From assembly GCA_035289925.1 (NCBI GenBank), contig DATDVR010000005.1:45692-109691 (forward strand): a stretch of 64,000 nucleotides of DNA. The letters are read 5' to 3'. A program made the position numbers and the translations under genes. How positions within the stretch are numbered: position 1 is the stretch's first letter; every line of letters begins with the position of its first letter. The notes under the pieces are model-generated. The model did no database searches, was not told the origin of the DNA, and saw nothing but the letters and a program-made list of their open reading frames with translations. The stretch comes from Candidatus Nanoarchaeia archaeon. Its GTDB lineage: Archaea > Nanobdellota > Nanobdellia > SCGC-AAA011-G17 > DATDVL01. Positions 25,688 through 35,410 of this stretch are shown here, piece by piece.

Positions 25688-26168
25688 TTGGTGCCTAAAA
25701 CAAAAGGATGGCATTAAGTTGATAGAGCAAAATAAAAATATAGCTGATTCTTATTTAAAAATGGCTGAGGAGTCCATAAAACAACTAGAAAACGTAAAAA
25801 AGAGTAAAATATGGACTGCAACAATAACCTATTATACCTTTTATTACTCACTTTATTCATTAATGCGATATATAGGAGTAAAGTGCGAAATACACACCTG
25901 TTCTTTAGAATTTATTAAAGTTTATTTGGATGAATTTTACAATAAAAAGGATATTGAAATGTTTGAAAAAGCTTTTTCTGCTAGAATTAACCTACAATAT
26001 TACGCAGACAGACCTGTTGATGAGAGTGAGATTAGGGACACCAAAATATATTGCAAGGATTTTTATATAAAAACAAAAGATATTCTAACAAAGATAAGCG
26101 AGATTGAAATAAATAAAATCAGAGACAGAATAAAGAAAAGTAAAAATGCTAACACTAGGTATAGATGA
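25674..26168 (+). CDS. HEPN-like protein (partner of the MNT)
   Basis: All-helical, with the ARINLQYY motif in the HEPN R-x4-6-H/Y position. A GGAGGG Shine-Dalgarno-like motif lies 7 nt upstream of ATG 25674. It overlaps the MNT by 14 nt. Confidence 0.6.
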   Translation: MVSIDWCLKQKDGIKLIEQNKNIADSYLKMAEESIKQLENVKKSKIWTATITYYTFYYSLYSLMRYIGVKCEIHTCSLEFIKVYLDEFYNKKDIEMFEKAFSARINLQYYADRPVDESEIRDTKIYCKDFYIKTKDILTKISEIEINKIRDRIKKSKNANTRYR

Positions 26169-26811
26169 AGTGGCAAGAGGCCCAATTATCGGCAGTATGT
26201 TTATAGCAGGAACCATGTTTGATGAAAAAGATTTAGTGAAATTAAAAGAGTTGGGGGTTAAGGATTCTAAATTATTAGAACATTCAAAAAGAGTAGAATT
26301 AGCAAAAAAGATAAAGAAGCTAGCTAAAAAAATAAAAATAATAGAAGTGAAGCCAAAGGAAATAGATGAGGCTGTAGAATCTGAAACTGGAATGAACTTG
26401 AACTGGTTAGAAGCTTTAAAGCAAGCAGAAATAATAAATGAACTAAAGCCTGATAGAGCAATTATAGACTGCCCAAGCACAAATCCTAAAGCCTTTACAG
26501 AATATTTAAAAAAGCACATAAAAAAAGAGGTATTATCTAAAGTTAAATTGATTGTAGAGCACCATGCAGATTTTAATTTTTTGGAATGCAGTAGTGCCTC
26601 AATCATAGCCAAGTGCAAACGTGAAGCTTATATGGAGAAGTTAAGAAAAGATTTAAAAATAAATTGTGGCTCCGGATATCCATCAGATCCTTACACCCAG
26701 GAATTCATAAAAGACAACTACAAAAAATATCCAGCAATATTTAGGAAGAGCTGGCAGACCTACAGAAACTTAGTTGAAGGCAAAAAGCAGAAAAAATTAG
26801 GCGAATTTTAA
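26146..26811 (+). CDS. rnhB: ribonuclease HII
   Basis: MLTLGIDEVARGPIIGSMFIAG (GIDEaGRGp motif) and a DSK motif. Confidence 0.85.
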   Translation: MLTLGIDEVARGPIIGSMFIAGTMFDEKDLVKLKELGVKDSKLLEHSKRVELAKKIKKLAKKIKIIEVKPKEIDEAVESETGMNLNWLEALKQAEIINELKPDRAIIDCPSTNPKAFTEYLKKHIKKEVLSKVKLIVEHHADFNFLECSSASIIAKCKREAYMEKLRKDLKINCGSGYPSDPYTQEFIKDNYKKYPAIFRKSWQTYRNLVEGKKQKKLGEF

Positions 26812-27549
26812 GCTCTCTAAGTCCACTCTTCTAAAATCGTATAGTTTTCTTTCTTCCAAATCATAGAAACAATATTCAAAAGCGTTTTTTGAATTTCTCA
26901 ATCCTAAGAAATTTTTCTGTACCAAATAGATCTGAGATTTAAGGGGTTTTCCTGGGTAACACCAAAGTACCCATTTCTGATGTCCTTGTATATACTCGTT
27001 TTTTAATTCAATCTTTCCTTTTATAATCAGATAAAAAACCAGAGCTTCTTCTAGGAAGAAATTAAGTTGATTCTTGTCAAGTTTAGTCTTTCGGATACTA
27101 AGTAAATCCTCTTTTATATATCTTCTAAATCTTTTATCTTTTTTATATAGTTTATTTAATTGTCCTATATAGTTTGTAAAATCCTTGCATTCCAATAAGG
27201 TTTGACCCCAAGTGATGAATGAAAATGCTTTTAATATGTAAAATTGGTTCTTCGATATAATATTAGTAAATTCGTTTTTGTGAGAAAGGATTAGAGTTGT
27301 AAATCTATTCTTAAGTTTTGATGCTCTTTCTTCTGAATTAAAATACAGATAATCCCCATAAATAAAATTTAATCCAACTAAAGGTTTTATTATTTTTTCA
27401 GGGCTAAAGATCTTTACGTATTCCCAGCATTTTTTAGCATTTTGAGCATTAGATATTCTACTCATCGATATAGGAAACACTAAGATTCCATCTTCCGGCG
27501 GTAGCTTGTTTATATCAAAAAACCTGTTTGTTAGGTTAGTCTTTGGCAT
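26797..27549 (-). CDS. hypothetical 250-aa protein with weak cyclodipeptide-synthase-like motifs
   Basis: ILVFPISMSRIS resembles vLvGIS.gNs.fS. LNFFLEEALVF resembles LNYVLAEAPLF. VLWCYPGKP resembles vLcYh/YP. The size matches CDPS. This is a by-eye comparison with remembered AlbC/YvmC sequences only. Confidence 0.35.
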   Translation of the reverse strand: MPKTNLTNRFFDINKLPPEDGILVFPISMSRISNAQNAKKCWEYVKIFSPEKIIKPLVGLNFIYGDYLYFNSEERASKLKNRFTTLILSHKNEFTNIISKNQFYILKAFSFITWGQTLLECKDFTNYIGQLNKLYKKDKRFRRYIKEDLLSIRKTKLDKNQLNFFLEEALVFYLIIKGKIELKNEYIQGHQKWVLWCYPGKPLKSQIYLVQKNFLGLRNSKNAFEYCFYDLEERKLYDFRRVDLESLKFA

Positions 27550-27614
27550 ATAACTATAGTGGCGTTAGTATTTAATAAGCTTTCTTTTGATGTATATTTT
27601 ATATCATATAAACG

Positions 27615-27622
27615 TATATAAA
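27615..27622 (+). promoter_or_regulatory. TATA box candidate for guaB
   Basis: TATATAAA lies 28 nt upstream of ATG 27650, consistent with a leaderless or short-leader archaeal transcript. Confidence 0.4.
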
Positions 27623-27649
27623 TGAAGAAGTGCATTAAATTTTAACGGT

Positions 27650-29107
27650 ATGAGGTTAAAAGAGATTTATCATTCTAAGGAAGAAGTTATCAAAGAAGGA
27701 TTGACTTATGACGATGTTCTGTTAATACCACAATTATCAACTGTAAAGACAAGAAAAGAAGTTGATTTGAGTTCTAGAATAACTAAAAAATTAGGGTTCA
27801 AGCTGCCAATAATATCTGCCAACATGGATTCTGTTACAGAAGCAAATATGGCAATAGCAATGGCAAGATGTGGCGGATTAGGGATTGTACATAGATATCT
27901 TCCAATTGAAAATCAAGTAAAAGAAATATTAAAAGTAAAAAGGTCTGAAGGCCTTATTGTAGAAAATCCTTACTGTCTAGGCGAAGATGTCATTTTAAGA
28001 GACGCAAAAGTTTTGATGAAGGAAAATAATGTCTCAAGCGTCTTGATTATAGATGAGAACAGAAAATTAAAGGGAATAATTACCCAAAGAGATGTCTGGT
28101 TTGAAGAAAATTTAGATAAAACATTGAAAGAGATTATGACAAAAGATTTGATAACAGCAGAGCCTGGAATAAAGCTAGAAGAAGCAAAGGAATTTTTCAA
28201 GCATCATAAAATTGAGAAACTGCCAATTGTTGACAAAAAAGGAATTCTTCAAGGATTAATAACTTCTAAAGACTTGAATAAAAGAATGCAGTATCCTAAT
28301 GCCACAAAAGACAGCAAAGGAAGATTGATTGTTGGGGGAGCAATTGGAGTTGTTGGCGATTATCTTGAAAGGACTGAAGCCTTGTTGGAAGCTGGAACTG
28401 ATGTGATTGTAGTTGATATTGCACATGGACATTCTATTTTGGAAATTGATGTTGTAAAAAAACTAAGAAAAGAATTTGGAGACATTCAAATTGTTGGAGG
28501 CAATGTTGCAACCTACGAAGGAGCAGTTGCTTTGGTAAACGCAGGCGTAGATTGTGTCAAAGTGGGTATAGGCCCGGGAGCGACGTGTATCACTAGAAAA
28601 GTTACTGGTTCTGGAGTTCCACAATTAACTGCAGTTTTTGAATGTTCTAAAATCACAGAAGAAAATGATATTCCTATAATTGCTGATGGTGGGATAAAAA
28701 ATTCAGGGGACATTGTAAAAGCATTAGCAGCAGGAGCTTCTTCTGTTATGGTAGGCAATTTATTTGGAGGAACAGATGAAAGCCCTGGGCAAGTTATTAC
28801 AAAAGACGGAAGGAAATTCAAGGTTTACAGAGGCATGGCTTCATTTGGAGCTAATCATGGAAGAAGACAACTAGAAACTAAGAAAGAAGATGTGGCAATA
28901 AACGACGTTGTTCCTGAAGGTGTTGAAGCATATGTGCCTTACAGAGGCTCTGTCTATGATATTCTATACCAATTATCTGGAGGAATCAAATCTGGATTAA
29001 GCTATAATGGCAGCAACAGCATTGAAGAATTAAAAATAAAAGCAAAATTCACCAAAATAAGCCCTGCAGGATTTCAGGAATCTGGAGTTCATGACGTCAA
29101 GGTTTAA
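27650..29107 (+). CDS. guaB: IMP dehydrogenase with a CBS pair
   Basis: GGLGIVHR, the CBS region, the catalytic loop GIGPGATCITRKV, IADGGI, and GMAS. Confidence 0.9.
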   Translation: MRLKEIYHSKEEVIKEGLTYDDVLLIPQLSTVKTRKEVDLSSRITKKLGFKLPIISANMDSVTEANMAIAMARCGGLGIVHRYLPIENQVKEILKVKRSEGLIVENPYCLGEDVILRDAKVLMKENNVSSVLIIDENRKLKGIITQRDVWFEENLDKTLKEIMTKDLITAEPGIKLEEAKEFFKHHKIEKLPIVDKKGILQGLITSKDLNKRMQYPNATKDSKGRLIVGGAIGVVGDYLERTEALLEAGTDVIVVDIAHGHSILEIDVVKKLRKEFGDIQIVGGNVATYEGAVALVNAGVDCVKVGIGPGATCITRKVTGSGVPQLTAVFECSKITEENDIPIIADGGIKNSGDIVKALAAGASSVMVGNLFGGTDESPGQVITKDGRKFKVYRGMASFGANHGRRQLETKKEDVAINDVVPEGVEAYVPYRGSVYDILYQLSGGIKSGLSYNGSNSIEELKIKAKFTKISPAGFQESGVHDVKV

Positions 29108-29130
29108 ACGCGACAAATTGACCCATAACC

Positions 29131-29138
29131 TTTATAAA
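29131..29138 (+). promoter_or_regulatory. TATA box candidate for smc
   Basis: TTTATAAA lies 26 nt upstream of ATG 29164. Confidence 0.4.
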
Positions 29139-29163
29139 TTAAAAAATAGGGGTTATTATAGAG

Positions 29164-32100
29164 ATGACTTACATCACAAAAATGAGGCTGCATGGATTCA
29201 AGTCCTTTGCCAAGCCTACAGAATTAGAGTTTGGAAATAATTTTAATGTTGTAATAGGGCCGAATGGCTCAGGAAAAAGTTTGTCTGGAGAGAGTAAAGT
29301 ATTATTGTCAAATGGAGAAGAAATAAAAATTAAAAAATTAGCTGAGAAACAATTAAAAGAAACAGATAAAGTCTATACTCTTGATGATGGGGTATATTGT
29401 AAAAGTAAAGAACCGATAAAAATATTTTCCTTGAATCCATTAAGTATGAAAAATGAGGAGTATCAAGTTTCTAAATTTATCAGGAGAAATGGAGAGCCAT
29501 TTTTATATAAGATAAAAACAAGAACTGGTAAAAGCGTTACGTGTACTGGTTGCCATCCAGTCATGGTATTCAGAGAAAATAGGGTAATAAGTTCGCTAGT
29601 CAAAGATTTAAAGAATAATGATGCAATAGCAACTCCAAGGATTATACATACCAATTCAACCTCTAAAGATAAAGATTTTGCAAGATTATTTAGTTATCTA
29701 GTTGGGGATGGTTATATAAGGACTGATAGAATTGAATTTGGAAATGATGATAAGGATATTATAGAAGATTTAAAAAGGCTTGTTTTTGAATTGTTTGGAT
29801 TTAAACCACAATATGAAAAGATTAGTGGTAAAAACTATACTAAATTGATATATTATCAAAAAGACTTCATAAACAAGGTAATTGAGTTAATAAAAAATAA
29901 GCACAATAAATACACCACAGAATACAAATATATACCCAACTATTTCTTAAGTAAAGATTTAGAAACAACATCGCACATCTTAGCTGGTTTGTACGATACA
30001 GATGGATTTGTGCATAAAGACGATAATACAATAGAATTTTCATCCAAAAATGAAAGGTTGACTGATCAAGTACAAAGCCTCTTCCTTAGATTTGGGATAG
30101 TTGCAGTAAAAAAGACTAAAGTAAAATGGGCTTCAAATACCGCAAAAAAAATAAAGAGAAAATATTATTTTTTGTATATCCAGAATTATAAAGATATGAA
30201 AAAGTTTTATGAAAATATTCCTTTAAAATGCAAATACAAAATAGAAAGACTTGAAAAGCACTTGAAAAATATTAAAATATCTAATCCAAATATAGATTTA
30301 TTACCTATTGAAGTTAATCAACTTATAAAAAAAGCAATAAATCTTTTAGGTATAAAATATAAGCCTCTAAGAAAGGATTATCCAAAGCTTGCAGCCTACA
30401 TGGAAGATAGATGCAACCCGACTAGGCAAGGTTTACAAGAAATAATCCCAATTTTATCATCAAAACTACTAGAAATTTATACAACAGGTCTGTCTTTAAA
30501 GCAAGATCAATTAGAGCTAGTTAATGCTATGGATGAATTAGGATTATCTGGAAGACAAACAAGCAGAGAACTTGGATTAAGCCAACAAATTATAAGAGAT
30601 TATTGGGCTAAGAATCTATTCCAAGCAAAGCCAAAAAATTTAGAAAACTTTTATAATTTTATCAAGTCATCAATAACTTATAGAATAGAAGAAATTAAAA
30701 ATATTTTTAATACCTTATATAATCTAGCAAATTCAGATATATTCTGGGATGAAATAACTTCTATAGAAAAAGTTAAAGGTGAAAAATATGTATATGATCT
30801 AACAATACCTAATAACCATAACTTTATAGCAGATGGCATTTTTGTCCATAACAGCAACATCATGGATGCATTAACCTTCGTTTTAGGAAACATCTCTGCA
30901 AAATCAATGAGGGCTGAAAAAGCTGCAAACTTAATCTTCAATGGAGGAAAAAAAGGATCTGCGATGAAGGATGCTGAAGTAGCCTTATTTTTTGATAATT
31001 CCAAGAAAGAATTTCCTGTTGAACATAATCCAGTAAAGGTTTCAAGAATAATAAAGGATAGTGGAAGCTCTGTCTACAAGATGAATGATGATACTGTTAC
31101 AAGGCAGCAGATCCTTGAATTATTGAGTCATGCTAAAATAGATCCTGATGGGCACAATATTGTATTGCAGGGAGACATCACATACTTCATGGAGATGAAG
31201 CCTGAAGAAAGAAGGCAGATAATAGAAGAAGTTTCTGGGATTTCTATCTATGAAGACAAGAAGCAGAAAGCCATGCTAGAATTAACCAAAGTTGACACAA
31301 AATTAAATGAAGCCGAAATAATATTGACTGAAAGAAGCTCTTTCTTGAGAGAACTAAAGAAGGAAAGAGACCAGGCATTAAAATATAAGGAGCTTGAAAA
31401 AAATATCAAGAGCAACAAAGCTACATTCCTGCACATACAAATGAACGAGGCTGAAGAAAAAAGGGATGAAGTTGAAAAAAGAATAAATGAACATCAATCT
31501 GATCTTGATAAGATAAACAATAAAATAAAAGACATAAAGGAAAAAATAGACAATGAAAAGAAAAACCTTGACAATGTAAACAAAGACATAGAAGAAAAGG
31601 GGGAAATTGAAAGCCTAAAGATACAAAAGGAAATAGAAGATTTAAGGACTTCAAAAATAAGAAGCGAGGAAAGACTTAACACCTGCAAAACAGAGATTGA
31701 AAAGATAAACGAGAGAATAAAGCAATTAAATGAAGGGCTAAAGGACAATGACAATACAATTTATGGACTTGAAAATTCAAAGAAAGAGCTTGAGAAGAAA
31801 GCCAAAGAAATAGAAGCAAAAGAAGCCAAAAACGAGGAAGAAATAAAGAAGTTCAAGGAAAAATACAACATTTTTGACGCTTCAAGCTTTGAAAAGATTG
31901 AGAAAGAATTTGAAAATTTGCAGTCAGACATTTTGGAGACAAGAAACAAGTACAACAATTTATTGCAGAAGAAATTCCAGATTGACAGCAAGATAAACTT
32001 CCTGAAAGAAAGGATTAAGCAGGGTGAAAAACTGGAAGGCTCTGCAAACCTGAAGAAAAACAAGAATGAATTAAAAAAAGTCAATGATGAACTGACAAAA

Positions 32101-34170
32101 TTGCTGAGCGAAGATAGTGCAATCTCAATACAGTTTTCAAATGCAAACACAAAACTTAATGATACTAACACTGAACTCTACAAGCTGAATGCAAAGACAG
32201 CAGCTTTCAAGGAACATTCTTCTACAGACTTGGCAATTAACAAGATTTTAAGCTTAAAGAATAAAAATGTCCATGGTCTGATAACAGATTTAGGAAAAAT
32301 AGATTCAAGATATACTATGGCAATGGAAGTTGCAGCAGGCTCAAGGATGAAGGCAATAGTTGTAGAAGATGACAAAACAGCAGCAGAGTGCATCAAAGTA
32401 TTAAAGGAAAGCAAGATGGGTACATGCTTATTTTTACCATTAAACAAGATAAAGGGAAGCCAAAAGCCAAACGCTACCGGAAATGGAGTCTTGGGAAATG
32501 CTTTAGACTTAATAGAATTTGATTCTAAATACAAAGAAGCCTTCTCATATGTCTTTGGATCTACACTAATTGTAAATGATGTTGAGACTGCAAGAAGAAT
32601 TGGAGTTGGAAAGTGCAGAATGGTTACATTGGATGGGGATTTATTTGAATCTTCAGGAGCAATAGTTGGCGGATTCAGGAAACACAAGCTAAGCTTTGCA
32701 TTCAAGGAAAAAGATGTTGATGAAAAAATAAAAGTATTAGAAGATGAAATTGAAAAAAATCATAATCTAATCAAGCTATTGAACAGAAAAAGAGAAGACA
32801 ATCATAAAAAAATAAGCGAGCTAAGAAACAACAGGTCATTGTTTGAAGCAGAAATATTCAAGATTGAACAGACAGCAGGCTCAATAGACATTGAAAAGCT
32901 TGAGGAAGAAATTAAGCAGCTAAGCAAGAGCCAAGAGCTGAAAGATGTTGAAGAGCTTGAAGAGCTTGTAAAAAACAAGGAAAAGAACCTGGAAAAAATA
33001 AAGAAAGAGAAGGAAGAGCTCAAGGGAAGTAACAGCGAGCAAGATGGAGAGGTCATAAACAAGCTGGATTCGTTGGAAACAAAGAGAAACAAAACCAAAG
33101 AAGAGCTAATACAGTGCAGGAACGAGATAAAGAACATTGAAATACAGATAAGCAGCATCTACCAACCAGAAAAAGAAAAAGCACTGCAGATCATAAAACA
33201 GCAGGAAAAAGAATTTGAAAACTTCAGGAACGAAGCCGGAGAAATTGAAAAGAACCTTATAACAAACAACAAGCATCTTGCTGAAAAAGACAAGTTATTC
33301 ACAAGATTCCAGCGGGACTACAAAGATTTATTTTTGAAGAGAAACAAGATTTCTGAGGAAATAACAAAAAGAGAAGCAGGCATCGGAAATGAACTAACCA
33401 GAATAAGAGAGATTGAAGGAAAAATAAACAACCTTTCAATTAATAGAGCAAAGATAGTGGCAGAATATGAGGGCTTGGCAAAAGAATTCGAGCAGTACCA
33501 AGGAGTTTCATTAAGAAAGGGGACAAGCATAGAAGAACTTAAATTGGAGATAAGGAAGTTTGAACAGTCATTAATACAAATGGGCAATGTAAACTTGAAA
33601 GCACTTGAAGTTTATGAAGATGCTGAAAAAGAATACAACCATATCATGGAAAAAGCAGAGACACTGAAAACTGAAAAGAATGATGTTCTGAACATGATAG
33701 GGGAAATAGAGAAGAACAAGAAAGGGTTGTTCATAAAAACCTACAAGGAAATAGCAAACAACTTCAAGAATATATTCATGTCATTGTCAAGAAAAGGAGA
33801 AGCATTCTTGGAGCTTGAAAACAAGGAAGATCCACTTTCAGAAGGGCTTGACATAAAGGTAAGATTGGTTGGCAACAAGTTTCTGGACATAAAATCATTG
33901 TCTGGAGGAGAAAAGACCTTGACAGCGCTAGCATTTTTGTTTGCAATACAAGAATACCAGCCAGCTTCATTCTATTTACTGGATGAAGTCGATGCAGCTC
34001 TTGACAAGACAAACGCAGAATTGTTATCTAAATTGATTGCGAAATATTCTCAGAATGCACAATACATCTTGATTTCTCACAACGACGCTGTCATTACTGA
34101 AGCTCCTTTCATTTATGGAGTGTCAATGCAGGAAAACGGAGTTTCAAAAATTGTCAGTCTGAAGATTTAG
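29164..34170 (+). CDS. smc: SMC chromosome-segregation ATPase (intein-containing precursor, 1668 aa; ~1143 aa after splicing)
   Basis: Walker A GPNGSGKS, long K/E-rich coiled coils, a hinge (GLITDLG...YTMAMEVAAG), the signature LSGGEKTLTALAF, and Walker B FYLLDEVDAALD. Confidence 0.9.
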   Translation: MTYITKMRLHGFKSFAKPTELEFGNNFNVVIGPNGSGKSLSGESKVLLSNGEEIKIKKLAEKQLKETDKVYTLDDGVYCKSKEPIKIFSLNPLSMKNEEYQVSKFIRRNGEPFLYKIKTRTGKSVTCTGCHPVMVFRENRVISSLVKDLKNNDAIATPRIIHTNSTSKDKDFARLFSYLVGDGYIRTDRIEFGNDDKDIIEDLKRLVFELFGFKPQYEKISGKNYTKLIYYQKDFINKVIELIKNKHNKYTTEYKYIPNYFLSKDLETTSHILAGLYDTDGFVHKDDNTIEFSSKNERLTDQVQSLFLRFGIVAVKKTKVKWASNTAKKIKRKYYFLYIQNYKDMKKFYENIPLKCKYKIERLEKHLKNIKISNPNIDLLPIEVNQLIKKAINLLGIKYKPLRKDYPKLAAYMEDRCNPTRQGLQEIIPILSSKLLEIYTTGLSLKQDQLELVNAMDELGLSGRQTSRELGLSQQIIRDYWAKNLFQAKPKNLENFYNFIKSSITYRIEEIKNIFNTLYNLANSDIFWDEITSIEKVKGEKYVYDLTIPNNHNFIADGIFVHNSNIMDALTFVLGNISAKSMRAEKAANLIFNGGKKGSAMKDAEVALFFDNSKKEFPVEHNPVKVSRIIKDSGSSVYKMNDDTVTRQQILELLSHAKIDPDGHNIVLQGDITYFMEMKPEERRQIIEEVSGISIYEDKKQKAMLELTKVDTKLNEAEIILTERSSFLRELKKERDQALKYKELEKNIKSNKATFLHIQMNEAEEKRDEVEKRINEHQSDLDKINNKIKDIKEKIDNEKKNLDNVNKDIEEKGEIESLKIQKEIEDLRTSKIRSEERLNTCKTEIEKINERIKQLNEGLKDNDNTIYGLENSKKELEKKAKEIEAKEAKNEEEIKKFKEKYNIFDASSFEKIEKEFENLQSDILETRNKYNNLLQKKFQIDSKINFLKERIKQGEKLEGSANLKKNKNELKKVNDELTKLLSEDSAISIQFSNANTKLNDTNTELYKLNAKTAAFKEHSSTDLAINKILSLKNKNVHGLITDLGKIDSRYTMAMEVAAGSRMKAIVVEDDKTAAECIKVLKESKMGTCLFLPLNKIKGSQKPNATGNGVLGNALDLIEFDSKYKEAFSYVFGSTLIVNDVETARRIGVGKCRMVTLDGDLFESSGAIVGGFRKHKLSFAFKEKDVDEKIKVLEDEIEKNHNLIKLLNRKREDNHKKISELRNNRSLFEAEIFKIEQTAGSIDIEKLEEEIKQLSKSQELKDVEELEELVKNKEKNLEKIKKEKEELKGSNSEQDGEVINKLDSLETKRNKTKEELIQCRNEIKNIEIQISSIYQPEKEKALQIIKQQEKEFENFRNEAGEIEKNLITNNKHLAEKDKLFTRFQRDYKDLFLKRNKISEEITKREAGIGNELTRIREIEGKINNLSINRAKIVAEYEGLAKEFEQYQGVSLRKGTSIEELKLEIRKFEQSLIQMGNVNLKALEVYEDAEKEYNHIMEKAETLKTEKNDVLNMIGEIEKNKKGLFIKTYKEIANNFKNIFMSLSRKGEAFLELENKEDPLSEGLDIKVRLVGNKFLDIKSLSGGEKTLTALAFLFAIQEYQPASFYLLDEVDAALDKTNAELLSKLIAKYSQNAQYILISHNDAVITEAPFIYGVSMQENGVSKIVSLKI
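29278..30852 (+). mobile_element. 525-aa intein with a LAGLIDADG homing-endonuclease domain, inserted in the SMC P-loop
   Basis: GPNGSGK|SLSGESKVLLSNG (block A, Ser1) ... TCTGCHPVMV (block B TxxH) ... YLVGDGYI and LAGLYDTDGFV (two LAGLIDADG motifs) ... NFIADGIFVHN|SNIMDAL. Rejoining gives the canonical GPNGSGKSNIMDAL. Confidence 0.85.
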
Positions 34171-35410
34171 ATTTTTTTCTTAAAAATACATGGTGGAGAA
34201 TTATCAATATAACAAGAAGAAGCAAATAAAACAAGGTGCTTGCCCTAGGTATTGTAATTTCCAAGGGAGTTTCAAAAACTATTTTCTGCCTGTTTACAAC
34301 AAAGAAGTCAGAGTCTGCTGCCAAAGAATCTAAATTGGTAACTTGAACCGTGAATATATAATTGCCATCTCTAATGCCTTCAGGAAGCTTCAATGTTTTT
34401 TCAAAAATCTTTACATCGTTAACCAAAACGTTGTTTTCTCTTTCCTGAACTATTATATTACCCTTGAAATCTTTTATTGTGTAATAAACTTCAGAGTACA
34501 AAGGATAAGTTTTCTTCAAAGCTGTTATCTTGACATCTGCAGTGACGCTGTCCTTGTCTCTTATGACTCTGCTTTCATCTTTCAAGTTGACCTTGACATC
34601 AAAAAATCTCTGCCTGCTTTCAACCTGAAGGATTATTGGGACTTCCTTCAATGTCCTGCCGCCTAAGACATTTATTTTTCCTGTGAAAACACCCAATTTC
34701 TTTCCAAAGACATAAAATTCAAGTATCTTGCCCTCGTTTGTATTCAAGTCAAATTCACGTTCTTTCAAAGTTATAAAATCTTCAAGTCCTTCCACTGAAA
34801 TGTAAAACTTCAACTTTGAAGGTGAGTGACTCAATATCGACAGGCTTGAAAGGATTGTCTCATCTTTAACCAAGTTGAACTTGAATGATTTTGGCTTTAT
34901 TGAAAACAATTCAACATTGCTTTTTGTACCTTCACCATCGCTGTCAAAAGAGCCAGTGAAATTTACTCTGAAGTTTGACGTTGAGAAGTTCTGATTGTTT
35001 GCAGTGTCGTTTGCATAAGCATAGAATATAAAAGTAACATATTGCGGTGGAACATCTAAAGTTCCCTGAGAGCCTGTGCAGCTTATTCTATTGAATTCGG
35101 GAGTCAACAATATTCCAGTTGATGTTGTAACCTTGTACCAGCAACTGTCTAGAATCTGGTTGTCATCAAAAACAACAAGTATTGGAATGTTTGTGGCATT
35201 ATTAAAGAATCCAGACGGATTAAATATTGTTATTGAAGGAGAAAAGAAGTCTGTTGATGCATTTGCCATTATTGAAAAATTAGTCCTTGAAGAAGATGCC
35301 AAAACATCATGGCCAATGAAGATTATTCTGTAATCCTTAAGGCTTATTATTACAAAAAAAACTACAAAAATGCCGATAAGTACAAATATGAACTTTTTAT
35401 TTAGTGTCAT
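34154..35410 (-). CDS. surface protein with an N-terminal signal anchor, Ig-like repeats and a C-terminal TM anchor
   Basis: N-terminal hydrophobic helix. C-terminal LFYLLLLVILIIL followed by a basic tail. NxS/T-rich. Its 3' end overlaps the smc 3' end by 17 nt (convergent). Confidence 0.55.
   Translation of the reverse strand: MTLNKKFIFVLIGIFVVFFVIISLKDYRIIFIGHDVLASSSRTNFSIMANASTDFFSPSITIFNPSGFFNNATNIPILVVFDDNQILDSCWYKVTTSTGILLTPEFNRISCTGSQGTLDVPPQYVTFIFYAYANDTANNQNFSTSNFRVNFTGSFDSDGEGTKSNVELFSIKPKSFKFNLVKDETILSSLSILSHSPSKLKFYISVEGLEDFITLKEREFDLNTNEGKILEFYVFGKKLGVFTGKINVLGGRTLKEVPIILQVESRQRFFDVKVNLKDESRVIRDKDSVTADVKITALKKTYPLYSEVYYTIKDFKGNIIVQERENNVLVNDVKIFEKTLKLPEGIRDGNYIFTVQVTNLDSLAADSDFFVVNRQKIVFETPLEITIPRASTLFYLLLLVILIILHHVFLRKKSKSSD

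Noticed and set aside
31248-33587. Minus-strand ORFs rich in S/F/L within smc
   Set aside because: They are the reverse complement of the K/E-rich coiled-coil coding sequence. Their composition is low-complexity, and they lie fully inside a confidently called gene.
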